A stretch of DNA of 64,000 nucleotides, from positions 544,001-608,000 of the forward strand of contig CAVPLM010000005.1 in the NCBI GenBank assembly GCA_963706025.1, given 5' to 3'. The notes under the pieces were generated by a model. It searched no databases, had not been told where the DNA came from, and saw nothing but the letters and a program-made list of their open reading frames with translations. The DNA is from an uncultured Actinomycetes bacterium. Lineage in GTDB: Bacteria; Actinomycetota; Thermoleophilia; RBG-16-64-13. The position numbers were made by a program, and so were the translations under genes. Below, in pieces: positions 1-10,172 of the stretch (the first letter of the stretch is position 1; every line of letters starts with the position of its first letter).

Positions 1-120
1 ATCCCGCCGGAGGAGTTGACCTCTGCCGAAGAGATCAGGCTGAAGCGGCTCTTCACGCTCGCAGAGAACCTGCGCAAGAAGATAAGCTACGACTTCCTTG
101 GGGGGATATCCGGCTTCTAA
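1..120 (+). CDS. 3' end of a gene entering from the left, possibly a DUF294/nucleotidyltransferase substrate-binding C-terminus
   Basis: Frame 1 reads IPPEELTSAEEIRLKRLFTLAENLRKKISYDFLGGISGF* and ends at TAA 118-120. Family assignment is weak. Confidence 0.5.
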   Translation: MPPEELTSAEEIRLKRLFTLAENLRKKISYDFLGGISGF

Positions 121-425
121 GAGCTCGTTTCAGAATGACGCTTTGCCGACAGGGTGCGATCGGCGCGAGTGAGGCGAGGACTAGAGGGAGCGCTCGTAGA
201 CACCTCGGATACCGGGTCTCCTGCAGCTGCGTTTCGCTGCGCGGCACGATTCTTCCGGAGACCCGGTATTCCTCCTCATATGGGGAGCCGCATTTGTCTC
301 CGGGAAACATCGTCGCAAAACGCAGTTGGACGGAGGCAAGGCGGCGACCGGGCGCGACTGAGGACGATGGATCGCTCCGCCCAGCGCGGAATGAGGCGGC
401 CAAGACTTCATTCTGAAACGAGTTC
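121..425. mobile_element. MITE copy 1 (IS5/IS1031-like ends) with a ~150-bp internal insert
   Basis: TIRs GAGCTCGTTTCAGAATGA / TCATTCTGAAACGAGTTC, flanked by TAA and TAG. Both arms are nearly identical to 40551-40716. Confidence 0.85.
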
Positions 426-1297
426 TAGGACCGCGGGCCTCGCCGGGCCGGCTGGGCGCTTCGGCGCCCCAGCCGCCAGGCGAGGCCCCGTCCAGGCGCG
501 AACAGGAACGCGAGCAGAAAAATGGCGGTCGCCACCAGAACGATCGCGCCCCCGGACGCTACATCGAGGTAGTAGCTCGCATAGAGGCCTCCCACGGCCG
601 ACAGGACCCCGATGAACGCCGAGACCACCATCATGACGGGCAATCTGCGCGTGAGCAGGTACGCGGCCGCGGGCGGAGTGACCAGCATGGCTGCTACCAA
701 CGCCACCCCGACCGTCTGAAGCGAGATCACGATGGTGACGGCCAACATCAAGAACAGGCCCGTCTGCAGCGCGTGCGTGCGCAACCCAAGCGTCTGCCCC
801 AAGATGGGGTCGAACGACACCACCAGGAGCCTTCGGTAGAGCAGGAGGATCGCCGCCAGGACCAGGAAAGCCAGGGCCCCGGTGATCCAAACATCGGTGG
901 CGGTCACCCCTAGGACGTTGCCGAAGAGCACGTGCGTTAGATCGAGGGCATAGGTTCGCACGGTGCTTATCAGCACCACCCCCAGAGCCAGAGCCGCCGC
1001 GAAGAATATCCCTATGGCAGTATCTTCCCTGATCGCGCCGCCGCGGGACACGTAACTGATGCCCACGGCGACGATCAGACCGGCAACAAGCGCCCCGGCG
1101 AGGAGATTCGCCCCCACCAGATATGCCACGGCCACTCCGGGCAGGATCGCGTGTGCCAACGCGTCCCCCAGGAAGGCCATCGAGCGCAGCACCACGTAGC
1201 AGCCCAAAACTGCGCACACCACCCCCACGATGACCGATGCCATCAACGCCTTCTGCATGAAGCCGAGAGCAAAGGGTTCCGTCAGCCAGGCGATCAC
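425..1297 (-). CDS. znuB: Zn/Mn ABC transporter permease (ZnuB/MntB family)
   Basis: GDALAHAILPG, EDTAIG and LFGNVL motifs, and multiple TM helices. Confidence 0.9.
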   Translation of the reverse strand: MIAWLTEPFALGFMQKALMASVIVGVVCAVLGCYVVLRSMAFLGDALAHAILPGVAVAYLVGANLLAGALVAGLIVAVGISYVSRGGAIREDTAIGIFFAAALALGVVLISTVRTYALDLTHVLFGNVLGVTATDVWITGALAFLVLAAILLLYRRLLVVSFDPILGQTLGLRTHALQTGLFLMLAVTIVISLQTVGVALVAAMLVTPPAAAYLLTRRLPVMMVVSAFIGVLSAVGGLYASYYLDVASGGAIVLVATAIFLLAFLFAPGRGLAWRLGRRSAQPARRGPRS

Positions 1298-2133
1298 CTT
1301 GGATCACCGCCTCCAGAGCTACCTTCGCGCTCATGAGCAGGACCGTGCCCGGCCGGATGGTCTTCCGGCCCATGGCCTCCGCAGCACTGATCGACGACGA
1401 TAGTCCTACCATTCAGGACGACCATCTGACCTCCAAAGGCCGCCTGCAGATGCTCCTGCGTGAACACCTCTTGGGGCCTGCCCATGCTGATAAGACGCGT
1501 GTTCAACAGCGCCACCTGGTCGAAACGTCCGGCCGCGAGATCAAGATCATGAGTCGAGACAAGCACCGTGACCGCACGGGCACGCAGCCCGGCCAGCAGC
1601 TCGAGAGTGGCCTCTCGCGTACCGATATCCACCCCGGTAAAGGGTTCATCGAGCAGAAGCACGTGCGGCTCCTGCGCCAGAGCGCGGGCGAGAAAGACCC
1701 GCTGCTGCTGCCCTCCTGAAAGCTCACCAATGGGCCGCTGGGCCAACTCGGTTATGGCCAACCGCTCCAGGCATCGCCCGACCATGTCTCGATCGCCGGA
1801 TGACAGGCGCCGCAACCAGCGTCCCCTGCCGTACCGCCCCATGGCGACGACATCGAACACCGTGACAGGAAAGCGCCAATCGACCTCTTCCCGCTGAGGC
1901 ACGTAGGCCACCGGATCCCGGTACTCGGCGAGGGGCCGGCCATGCATGAGCATCTCTCCAGTACGAAGAGGTAGCAGTCCCACCAGGGCTTTGAAGAGCG
2001 TGGATTTGCCGGCCCCATTAGGTCCCACCACCGCCACTTGGGCTCCGTGGGGAACGTCCAGAGAGACCGAATCCAGCGCCAAACGCCCGCCATAGAAGAC
2101 GCTGACGTCACGGAGTTCCAGGAGCTCGTTCAC
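1294..2133 (-). CDS. znuC: Zn/Mn ABC transporter ATPase (ZnuC family)
   Basis: Walker A GPNGAGKST, LSGGQQQR, LLLDEPF. Likely GTG start at 2133. His/Cys-rich C-terminal tail. Confidence 0.9.
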   Translation of the reverse strand: MNELLELRDVSVFYGGRLALDSVSLDVPHGAQVAVVGPNGAGKSTLFKALVGLLPLRTGEMLMHGRPLAEYRDPVAYVPQREEVDWRFPVTVFDVVAMGRYGRGRWLRRLSSGDRDMVGRCLERLAITELAQRPIGELSGGQQQRVFLARALAQEPHVLLLDEPFTGVDIGTREATLELLAGLRARAVTVLVSTHDLDLAAGRFDQVALLNTRLISMGRPQEVFTQEHLQAAFGGQMVVLNGRTIVVDQCCGGHGPEDHPAGHGPAHEREGSSGGGDPR

Positions 2134-2143
2134 CGGAGCGCGT

Positions 2144-2587
2144 CTACGCCGCTCTTTCGCCGTTCTGGGCGCATTCCCGACACAGTCCGAGCAGCTCCAA
2201 GTAATGATGGCTGATGACGAATCCCGTCTCCTCACCAGCTCCTTCGATCGTCTGCGCGAGATCGCAGGCGGAGAACTCGGCCACTCGGCCGCATCCGGTA
2301 CACAGCACATGGTGACCATGAAGGGCCGAGCAGAGAACGAGACCCTCCCCGCCGTCGGTCTGGTGGACCCGCCGCAGGCAGCCGCCGTCCTCCAATAGAT
2401 CGACGGTCCGATACACGGTGGCCAGACCGAGATCCGGACACTCGTGGTGGGCCTCGTCGAGAATGCCCTGCGGAGTCAGGGCCGCGGAGGCACGGCACAA
2501 CACCGAAAGAATGGCCATTCGCTGTCGGGTGATGCGCCACCCTCCATCGCGCAACCGGCCTGCGAGTTCCTGGGCCTCGATCAACAT
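2144..2587 (-). CDS. zur: Fur-family regulator, probably Zur
   Basis: RITRQR, LATVYRT, HGHHVLCTGCG and CxxC motifs. First gene of the metal ABC operon. Confidence 0.8.
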   Translation of the reverse strand: MLIEAQELAGRLRDGGWRITRQRMAILSVLCRASAALTPQGILDEAHHECPDLGLATVYRTVDLLEDGGCLRRVHQTDGGEGLVLCSALHGHHVLCTGCGRVAEFSACDLAQTIEGAGEETGFVISHHYLELLGLCRECAQNGERAA

Positions 2588-2597
2588 CGCTCCTTAC

Positions 2598-2614
2598 TTG
2601 AGAACAGTTCTCAA
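2598..2614. promoter_or_regulatory. Fur/Zur-type operator
   Basis: Perfect 8-1-8 palindrome TTGAGAAC-A-GTTCTCAA directly upstream of the Fur-family gene. Confidence 0.75.
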
Positions 2615-2659
2615 ATAGAACGATGTTAGCACGCCCGAGTCCGCCGCGATCCCCGAACG

Positions 2660-3391
2660 CTACTTGATCCTGCCTACTCGCTCGAGCAGAGCGCGGTCTT
2701 TGATATGCACTTTGCGGCCCCGGGTCTCCACCGCCCCGGTCCGAGCCAGTTGCTGAAAGGCGCGGGACAGGGTCTCCGGCACCGTCCCGACCGCCGCCGA
2801 CAGCTGCGTCCTGGAGAGCTCGAGTTCCACGACCTGTTCTTGCTCCCCCTCGGCGGCCAGCGACAGGAGATGGGCCGCGAGCCGCTCGGCCACTTCACGC
2901 AACGAGAGATCCTCGATAAGCGATGTGAACGAGCGAAGGCGCGCCGACAAAGCAGCCAGGAGGCGCAGGGCCACTTCCGGCTCGCGGCGTACCATGTCGA
3001 GAAACGCCTGCCGGGGGACGTAGAGCGCCTCGCTCGGCTCCAGGGTCTCGGCGTTGGCGGGATACGACTCCCCGGCAAGCACCGCCACTTCGCCGACCGG
3101 CTCGCCCGGTCCCATGATCATCAGGGTCTGCTCCCGGCCCTTTGGTGACATCTTGAACACCTTGACCCGACCGCTGACCACAACGTACATACCCTGAGCC
3201 CGGTCGCCTTCAAGGAACACGGTCTGTCTGCCGGCAAAGCGCCTCCGCCGGCTCCTGGATATGAGCTCCTGCAGATGTCCATCGTCCAGGCCTTCGAACA
3301 GACTCGCCCGCCTGAGGATCTCGGCGAGTCCCGGTTCTGCGCTCGTGCCTGTTCGCACAGTCGACCGATCTATCACAACGTCTCTTCTCAC
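2660..3391 (-). CDS. hcpR: Crp/Fnr-family regulator (HcpR-like)
   Basis: cNMP-binding domain plus HTH (GTVPETLSR). Divergent from hcp. Confidence 0.8.
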   Translation of the reverse strand: MRRDVVIDRSTVRTGTSAEPGLAEILRRASLFEGLDDGHLQELISRSRRRRFAGRQTVFLEGDRAQGMYVVVSGRVKVFKMSPKGREQTLMIMGPGEPVGEVAVLAGESYPANAETLEPSEALYVPRQAFLDMVRREPEVALRLLAALSARLRSFTSLIEDLSLREVAERLAAHLLSLAAEGEQEQVVELELSRTQLSAAVGTVPETLSRAFQQLARTGAVETRGRKVHIKDRALLERVGRIK

Positions 3392-3416
3392 CTTGACCCC
3401 TGGGGGTCGGACGCAC

Positions 3417-3430
3417 TTGACTTAGATCAA
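3417..3430. promoter_or_regulatory. Fnr/HcpR-type box upstream of hcp
   Basis: TTGAC-ttag-ATCAA matches TTGAT-N4-ATCAA. A possible -10 (TAGCTT) at 3453 fits class II activator spacing. Confidence 0.75.
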
Positions 3431-3537
3431 GGGCAAGGGCCGGCGACTATGTTAGCTTCTGAACGGGAAAACAAGAACACAGTGCTGACCATCCTGGGGA
3501 TGGGCAGACACGGACAGACTAACCGAGGAGGACACCG

Positions 3538-5169
3538 ATGTTTTGCTACCAATGCGAGCAGACCGCAAGGTCGACGGCATGCACCGTCAAGGGGGTATGC
3601 GGCAAAGTGGACGATGTGGCGGCCATCCAGGACGCCATGGTGCACGCGCTCAAAGGCCTGGCGATCGTGGCCGAGAAGGCTGCTCCAGAAGGCATCGCTC
3701 TCGGTGACACCTCCACTTTTTTGGCCGAGTCATTGTTCATGACCCTCACGAACGTGAACTTCGACCCCGAGCCCCTGGCGAGCCAAGTCCATGAGGCCGT
3801 CGAGAGACGCGACGCTCTCAGGGCTGCTCTCGCCAAGAAACAGCCGGCGGTCACCTTCGCCGAAGGACCGGCCTCGTTCGTGCCTGCCGACACGGTGGCC
3901 GGACTGGCGGACCAGGGTCGCGAGCACGATGTCAACACGGAGGCGTCGTCAGACCCCAACATCCGCTCACTGCAGCATACCGTGCTTTACGGCCTCAAGG
4001 GACTCGCAGCGTACGCGTTCCATGCCGCCGAGTTGGGTTACCGGGACGACGCCGTGGACGGCTACCTCGTCGAAGCCCTGGCGGATCTCGCCCGCCACGA
4101 CGAAGGCGACCTCAATGATTGGATCGGCAAAGCCCTCCGTTGCGGCGAGATCAACTACAAGACCATGGAGCTGCTCGACCGGGGCAATACTGAGACCTTT
4201 GGCACCCCCACACCGACGGAGGTGCCGCTGGGTGTCAAAGCCGGGAAAGCCATACTGGTCTCCGGCCACGACCTGCTCGATCTCGACGAGCTCCTCAAGC
4301 AGACCGAGGGCAAAGGGATCACCATCTACACGCATGGCGAGATGCTGCCGGCCCACGGTTATCCCAAGCTCAAGGCCTATCCGCAGCTGTACGGCAACTA
4401 CGGCACCGCTTGGCAGAACCAGAAGAAGGAGTTCGCCGAGTTCCCCGGGGCCATCTTGATGACCACCAACTGCATCCAGGAACCCCAGGCCTCCTACGTC
4501 GACAACATCTTCACCAGGGCGACCGTCGGATGGCCGGGTGCTAGACATATCGAGAACCGCGATTTCAGTGCGGTCGTCGAGCGGGCGCTGGCGCTGCCCG
4601 GGTTCCCCGAGGATGCGCCCGGTAAGACGGTCCACGTGGGCTTCATGCGGAACGCGGTGCTCGATCACGCTGAGAAGATTATCGAGTTGGTCAAGGCCGG
4701 CAAGATCCGCCACTTCTTCCTGGTCGGTGGATGTGACGGGGCCAAACCGGGCCGCGACTACTACACTAGATTCGTCGAGGAAGCCCCCGCCGATACAGTG
4801 ATCCTCACTCTTGCCTGCGGCAAGTACCGCTTCTACGACAAGGATCTGGGATCGATCGACGGCATCCCCCGCCTGCTCGACATGGGACAATGCAACGACG
4901 CCTATTCCGCCATCCAGGTGGCCCTCGGCCTGGCCGATGCATTCGAGGTCGGGGTCAACGATCTGCCCCTTACCCTCATACTCTCGTGGTACGAGCAGAA
5001 GGCCGCGGCCATACTTCTCACGCTGCTGTACCTTGGTCTCAAGGACATGCGGCTCGGCCCCACTATGCCGGCTTTCTTGACCCCGGACGTGGCCAAGTTC
5101 ATCGTCGACACCTACAACCTGCACCCAATAACCACTCCAGAAGAAGACCTGCAGACCATCCTGGCCTGA
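3538..5169 (+). CDS. hcp: Hybrid cluster protein (hydroxylamine/NO reductase)
   Basis: MFCYQCEQ...C...GVCGK, THGEMLPAH, GGCDG, GQCND and LSWYEQKA motifs. GGAGG RBS. Confidence 0.97.
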   Translation: MFCYQCEQTARSTACTVKGVCGKVDDVAAIQDAMVHALKGLAIVAEKAAPEGIALGDTSTFLAESLFMTLTNVNFDPEPLASQVHEAVERRDALRAALAKKQPAVTFAEGPASFVPADTVAGLADQGREHDVNTEASSDPNIRSLQHTVLYGLKGLAAYAFHAAELGYRDDAVDGYLVEALADLARHDEGDLNDWIGKALRCGEINYKTMELLDRGNTETFGTPTPTEVPLGVKAGKAILVSGHDLLDLDELLKQTEGKGITIYTHGEMLPAHGYPKLKAYPQLYGNYGTAWQNQKKEFAEFPGAILMTTNCIQEPQASYVDNIFTRATVGWPGARHIENRDFSAVVERALALPGFPEDAPGKTVHVGFMRNAVLDHAEKIIELVKAGKIRHFFLVGGCDGAKPGRDYYTRFVEEAPADTVILTLACGKYRFYDKDLGSIDGIPRLLDMGQCNDAYSAIQVALGLADAFEVGVNDLPLTLILSWYEQKAAAILLTLLYLGLKDMRLGPTMPAFLTPDVAKFIVDTYNLHPITTPEEDLQTILA

Positions 5170-5196
5170 TTCTGGCCTGCTGCACGGACCCGGTGC

Positions 5197-5233
5197 GCGA
5201 GAAGGCCCGCCTGAATCAGGCGGGCCTTCTCGC
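5197..5233. terminator. Hairpin between convergent hcp and hisG
   Basis: GCGAGAAGGCCCGCCTG-aat-CAGGCGGGCCTTCTCGC, a 17-bp perfect stem. Confidence 0.75.
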
Positions 5234-5277
5234 TACCTTCTGAGATGGGTCCGAGCGCTGCCCCGACCGCCCCAGGG

Positions 5278-6147
5278 TCACATGACGATCTTGTTGAGCG
5301 GGTACTCCACTATGCCCTGGGCACCGGCTTCCTTGAGACGGGGGATGATGGTACGCACCGTAGATTCGTCGATGATGGTGTTCACTGCCAGCCATTCCTC
5401 GTCGCTGAGCGCGGAGATCGTCGGCTTGAGGAGAGCGGGCAAGGTCTCGAGCACCGTCGGAAGATCGCGCCGACGCACGTTGAGCATGAGGCCCACCTTG
5501 CCTAACGCAGCCATGGCTCCCTCCAGGAGCATGGCCAGGTCTTCCAGCTTGCGACGCTTTTCAGGGTCTTCCCAGGAATCAAGGTTGGCGATGAGTTGGG
5601 TGTTCGACTCCAGGACCGTCTCGATGATCCGCAGCTTGTTGGCCCTGAGAGAGCTGCCCGTCTCGGTCACCTCCACGATGGCGTCGGCCAACTCCGGCGG
5701 TTTGACCTCCGTGGCTCCCCAGCTGAACTCCACCTTGGCCTTCACTCCCTTTTCGGCCAGATAGCGCTTGGTGGTGGCGACCAACTCGGTGGCTATGATC
5801 TTTCCTTCCAGGTCGTGGACGCTGTGGAACGGCGACGCCTCGGGAGCGGCCAGGACCCAGCGTACCTTCCCAAAACTCTGTTTGGCGTAGACCAGATCGC
5901 ACACCGGATGTACTACCGCCTCGTTCTCCTGAACCCAATCCAACCCGGTGATGCCCGCATCCAGGAGGCCGTTTGCCACGTAGCGCGCCATCTCTTGAGC
6001 CCGGATCAGCACGCACTCGATCTCGGGGTCGTCGATCACGGGGAAGTAAGAGCGGCTGCTGGTGCTTACGTTGAAGCCCGCCCGGCGCAACAGCTCGACG
6101 GTGGCGTTCTCCAGGCTGCCCTTCGGGATTCCCATCTTCAGGATCAT
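5278..6147 (-). CDS. hisG: ATP phosphoribosyltransferase, long form
   Basis: [23 protein letters not shown] and ETGSSLRAN motifs, plus the C-terminal regulatory domain. Start adjusted to ATG 6147. Confidence 0.95.
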   Translation of the reverse strand: MILKMGIPKGSLENATVELLRRAGFNVSTSSRSYFPVIDDPEIECVLIRAQEMARYVANGLLDAGITGLDWVQENEAVVHPVCDLVYAKQSFGKVRWVLAAPEASPFHSVHDLEGKIIATELVATTKRYLAEKGVKAKVEFSWGATEVKPPELADAIVEVTETGSSLRANKLRIIETVLESNTQLIANLDSWEDPEKRRKLEDLAMLLEGAMAALGKVGLMLNVRRRDLPTVLETLPALLKPTISALSDEEWLAVNTIIDESTVRTIIPRLKEAGAQGIVEYPLNKIVM

Positions 6148-6303
6148 ATGGTTCTCTCCGCCACTCGAGAATTGAACGCGGCTCTTTTGCCACCAACCGG
6201 GCCGGCGATGCACCGGAGGGAGCGCCAGCGAATTATAACGCGGCGATACACTCCCGGGATCCGAGCGCCGTTCGGTTCGGGATGCCGGGCGGTCTTCCGA
6301 GCC

Positions 6304-7479
6304 TCACTCAAGACCCTCCTCGGCGTGCTTGGCGGCTATGGCGGCCGCCAGCTCGTCGACGCGAGAAAGGTCTTCCGCGCGGGGAGAGCCCCTGACCAAG
6401 AGGGGCTCCATCATCTCCGCCTTGAGTCCAGCGGTGAGCGAGATGACCACGTCCACCACGTTGCTCGCCCATCCGTAGGATGCCAGAACCGCGAGGTGCC
6501 GCACCGGGGGCCGCAGGGCACCAATGAGGTAAAGAGCGGACATCATCGCCGGATGGGGGTTGGTGAGAACGGTGGGAGTAGCGACCACGAGCGTGGCAGC
6601 GTCGACCAGGGCAGCGGCGAGCCGCCCGAGATCCACGGTCGACAGGTCAAAGCGCTCGACCCTCACTCCTCGAACGGCCAGTGCTCCCGTCAGATGCTCC
6701 ACCAGAGCCAAGGTGCTGCCGTGCATGGTCACGTAAGGGATCACCACCAGGTTGCGTGCAGGTCCGTCCACCCAGTCACGATAGGCATTCATGATCACCG
6801 ACGGGTGCCCGTGGATCGGTCCGTGGCTGGGAGCGATCGCGTCGAGATCCAGCGTCCCCAACTTCTCGAGGTTCTTTCTGACCGCGGGCCGGAGCGGCAT
6901 CATGATCTCGGCGAAATAGCGCTTGGCCGCAGGAAGGACCTCCTCGTCCCGTCCGAACAGGTCACTGGTGGCCAAGTGCGATCCGAACAGGTCGCAACTC
7001 AGAAGCATCCGGTCTTCGACGAGATAAGTGGACATAGTCTCCGGCCAGTGCACCCAGGGAGTGTGAAGGAATCGAAGCGTCTTGTCTCCGAGCGAAAGCT
7101 CCTCGCCGTCCGCCACAGCCGTCAGCGCCTCGGCTGGGACATGGAGGTGAGTTGCCAGCAGGTCGATCGCCTTCGGGCTGCAGAGGACCCGAGCCTTGGG
7201 ATAGCGGGACATGACCACGGGCAGCGAGCCCGAATGATCCTGCTCCGCGTGTTGAATCACGATGTAATCGAGGCTTTCGACTCCCTCCAAGTACTCCAGG
7301 AGTACCTCTGTCTTGGACGGGTCCACCGTATCGAAGAGGACCGTCTTCTCGCTTCCCTGTACCAGGTAGGCGTTGTAGCTGGTACCTTCGGGCAGCGGGA
7401 TCAGGGCGTCGAACAGCCGCCTGTCCCAGTCGACGGCCCCCACGTAGTAGACACCCGGCACTATTTCACGCGGTCTCAT
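6304..7479 (-). CDS. fprA: Flavodiiron protein (FprA/type A flavoprotein)
   Basis: GTSYNAYL, HAEQDHSG, HWPE, SCDLFG and PSHG motifs, followed by a flavodoxin domain. Confidence 0.93.
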   Translation of the reverse strand: MRPREIVPGVYYVGAVDWDRRLFDALIPLPEGTSYNAYLVQGSEKTVLFDTVDPSKTEVLLEYLEGVESLDYIVIQHAEQDHSGSLPVVMSRYPKARVLCSPKAIDLLATHLHVPAEALTAVADGEELSLGDKTLRFLHTPWVHWPETMSTYLVEDRMLLSCDLFGSHLATSDLFGRDEEVLPAAKRYFAEIMMPLRPAVRKNLEKLGTLDLDAIAPSHGPIHGHPSVIMNAYRDWVDGPARNLVVIPYVTMHGSTLALVEHLTGALAVRGVRVERFDLSTVDLGRLAAALVDAATLVVATPTVLTNPHPAMMSALYLIGALRPPVRHLAVLASYGWASNVVDVVISLTAGLKAEMMEPLLVRGSPRAEDLSRVDELAAAIAAKHAEEGLE

Positions 7480-7522
7480 ATCTCCCAGCCTCCGGGACGG
7501 CGCAGCCGATCCTCATCGGCCG

Positions 7523-7584
7523 GTCACTCGCCCCTGTCGTGCCGATCGCACCCTGTCGGCAAAGCGTCATTCTGAAACGAGCTC
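7523..7584 (-). mobile_element. Truncated MITE copy (one end only)
   Basis: 7541-7584 is the exact reverse complement of the first 44 nt of copy 1. No second TIR is seen. Confidence 0.8.
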
Positions 7585-7702
7585 ATAGGGGAATCTTCCC
7601 GCGCCGCGTCTCAACGCAAACCCTCTGCCTCCGACCGGACGCGCTCTCTGACGGCTCCCGACATTGATGTCGCCGCGTCCTTAGGCCAATATTGCACGCT
7701 GT

Positions 7703-9103
7703 ATGACAACACCCAATGTAGCTCGACCCGCCGCCGACCCCGAGTCGCAGCCTCCGCTCGGTGCCCGTCGCATCCTGAAGACATGGTGGCCGCTCGCCGC
7801 CAGCTGGATACTTATGGGCTTGGAGGGCCCGGTTATCAGTGCGGTCGTATCGCGCTTGGCCGAGCCCAAGACCAACCTGGCCGCATTTGGAGGTCTGCTC
7901 TTCCCCCTGGCGCTGATTATCGAGGCTCCGATCATCATGATGCTGGCCGCTTCCACGGCCCTCTGCCGTGACTGGACCTCGTACTTGAAACTTCGGCGCT
8001 TCATGAATGGTCTTGGCGCCACTCTCACTGCCCTTCACATCATCATGGTCGCTACACCCGTGTACTACCTGCTGGCGCGCGATGTCATCCACGCGCCGGA
8101 AGAGATCATCGAGCCGGCCCGTGTAGGCCTGTTCATCATGATCCCCTGGACCTGGTCCATCGCATATCGTCGCTTTCATCAGGGAGTGCTTATCCGATTC
8201 GGGCACTCACTGAAGGTGGGGCTGGGTACAGCGGTGCGACTCGCCGCAGACGTTACGGTGCTGGCCGTCTGCTACTTCGTGGGCGGCGTTCCCGGTATCG
8301 CTGTTGCGGCCGGCGCTCTCGTGGCGGGGGTATTGACCGAAGCCCTCTACGTTCATCTCGTCGTGCAGAAAACCCTGAGAGACGAATTGAAGCCCGCTCC
8401 CAGGTTGGGGAGACCGCTCTCCACCAAAGCAATGCTCGACTTCTACATCCCGCTCTCCCTGACCCAGCTACTCGTCATCGTCGCCAGTCCGATCGGTAGC
8501 GCAGCCATGAGCCGCATGCCGCTCGCGCTCGAGTCACTCGCGGCTTGGCCGGTGGTGAGTGGGGTCAATTTCATATTCCGCGGCTTCGGCGGCGCTTACA
8601 ACGAGGTCGTCGTGGCCCTCATCGAGGAGAAGCGAGCCATGCGGGCGATGCGTCGCGTCGCCCTCGGCCTGGGGGTGGCGGCCACCGCCGCCCTCATGAT
8701 CCTGATGGTCCCCCCGATCGCGGAAGCCATCTTCGAGGATCTCCTCCACCTGGCCGAGCCTCTGCCGTCGATGGTGTGGCAGAGCCTCTTCATCCTCCTG
8801 CCCATGCCGGCCATAGCCGTGGCGGAGAGCTATTTCCAAGGCGCGATACTCTACAGCAGGCGTACCCGCAGCATCACGGAATCGGTCGGCATGTTCCTGG
8901 GGCTCGCCACCCTCATACTGCTCGGCGGGGTACTCTGGGGCGCAGTGACCGGGCTGTATGTCGCACTGTTCGCTTTCCTGGCGGGCGAACTGCTCCGCAC
9001 CTTGTGGCTCTGGATCCGCAGCCGGGCAGTGCGCCGCGACCTCAACGCCGCCATGACTCCTCCCGCGCGATATCCCTCGCCCGGCATCGCCGATCGGCTC
9101 TAG
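7703..9103 (+). CDS. MATE/MOP-superfamily membrane transporter
   Basis: About 12 hydrophobic segments in two repeated halves (WPLAASW.../YIPLSLT...). Confidence 0.7.
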   Translation: MTTPNVARPAADPESQPPLGARRILKTWWPLAASWILMGLEGPVISAVVSRLAEPKTNLAAFGGLLFPLALIIEAPIIMMLAASTALCRDWTSYLKLRRFMNGLGATLTALHIIMVATPVYYLLARDVIHAPEEIIEPARVGLFIMIPWTWSIAYRRFHQGVLIRFGHSLKVGLGTAVRLAADVTVLAVCYFVGGVPGIAVAAGALVAGVLTEALYVHLVVQKTLRDELKPAPRLGRPLSTKAMLDFYIPLSLTQLLVIVASPIGSAAMSRMPLALESLAAWPVVSGVNFIFRGFGGAYNEVVVALIEEKRAMRAMRRVALGLGVAATAALMILMVPPIAEAIFEDLLHLAEPLPSMVWQSLFILLPMPAIAVAESYFQGAILYSRRTRSITESVGMFLGLATLILLGGVLWGAVTGLYVALFAFLAGELLRTLWLWIRSRAVRRDLNAAMTPPARYPSPGIADRL

Positions 9104-9129
9104 CTTTGGCGCTCGCGGGGCCAGAGGTC

Positions 9130-9651
9130 CTAGCAGATGCTCCCTGGGTCTTCCAGGGCGCGTTTCCAACGTTCGATGTGACCGTACTCATCGGCCTGGT
9201 CCTTCTCGACGAACACCCTGGTCTCGTCATCCCACTCGACACCGGCGAGCAGCTCGGTGTAGTGGTGCACGGCCTTGGTCTCTACCCATATGCCGGTCTT
9301 CAGGATGCGACGCGTGCCGAGTAGCCGTGAACCCAGCCCGAACACGTATCCGACCATCCAGTACATCCAGCGCATCTTGCTGGGCTTGAAACCGTACTCG
9401 TAGAGCTTGGTCTGGAAATCCTGCGCGTGGGTCATCTCATTGCACATAGCGGCGGTGAGTTGCGTGTTGAGTGCGCAGTCCTTCGAGGTGATCTGGCACT
9501 TGTAGATATTGGTGGCCATGATCTCCAAGGTGTGCAGTGCGCGCAGCCCCTTCTTGAGACCAGCCTTCCGACCGGGACTGAAGCCTTGCCCTCGGGACTT
9601 CACCTGCTCGGCCCGCATCTCAGGCCGGATGACGGAGATATCGTAGGCCAT
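9130..9651 (-). CDS. Ferritin-like di-iron protein (Coq7/demethoxyubiquinone hydroxylase family)
   Basis: E...ExxH (NEMTH) and E...DExxH (DEYGH) di-iron motifs. Confidence 0.7.
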   Translation of the reverse strand: MAYDISVIRPEMRAEQVKSRGQGFSPGRKAGLKKGLRALHTLEIMATNIYKCQITSKDCALNTQLTAAMCNEMTHAQDFQTKLYEYGFKPSKMRWMYWMVGYVFGLGSRLLGTRRILKTGIWVETKAVHHYTELLAGVEWDDETRVFVEKDQADEYGHIERWKRALEDPGSIC

Positions 9652-9789
9652 CGGTTCGTCCTCCATTCCGCGTAGTACTCTGCCGGCCGCCGTGCGGAGA
9701 CCTACTCGCTGCTTACCCGGCAGGGACAAGTTCTATGCGCCCGACGTACCCAAGGGTAAACCTTGCGCGAGCGGCACGTAGGGCTGCGT

Positions 9790-9963
9790 TCAGCCGTTCG
9801 TCTTGAGTGGAGGTGACTTCTTGTCAAGAAGGGCGCGTCTTCGGGCCTGTTCCTCCTCGAGACGCTCAGCCTGCTCTTCGAGCTCGTCCAGTTCCTTCTG
9901 GAGGATCTGTTCCTCTCTGATGTCCTCCTGGATCGCGCTTCGGTCCTCTTCGATCTCCTGCAT
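9790..9963 (-). CDS. Small acidic coiled-coil hypothetical protein
   Basis: MQEIEEDR... preceded by an AGGAG RBS. Heptad-like E/Q/L-rich sequence. Confidence 0.45.
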   Translation of the reverse strand: MQEIEEDRSAIQEDIREEQILQKELDELEEQAERLEEEQARRRALLDKKSPPLKTNG

Positions 9964-10172
9964 GGCGACTGCACTCCTTGCGCGTGAGTGTTTCACGCCC
10001 CATCTTCCCAAAAGAGGGCTCCCCGACACCATCCTGTGCTGGGGAAATCGCGGCAGGCGCCCGGGGGTGGTCTCGTCGGTTGAAGTGCAGTTGCGGCAAC
10101 GCCCGGTCCGGGAGTATTCTCTCTAAGCTCTCTGGAATTCGCCAGCCGACCCTCAAGGAGGATCCCGAAGGC

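Noticed and set aside
5596-7575. 659-aa + strand ORF and similar long antisense ORFs (3967-5124, 10929-12359, 27710-29023, 32487-33950, 59008-60303)
   Set aside because: They are shadows of well-supported genes on the opposite strand. High GC suppresses stop codons, and they carry no recognisable motifs.
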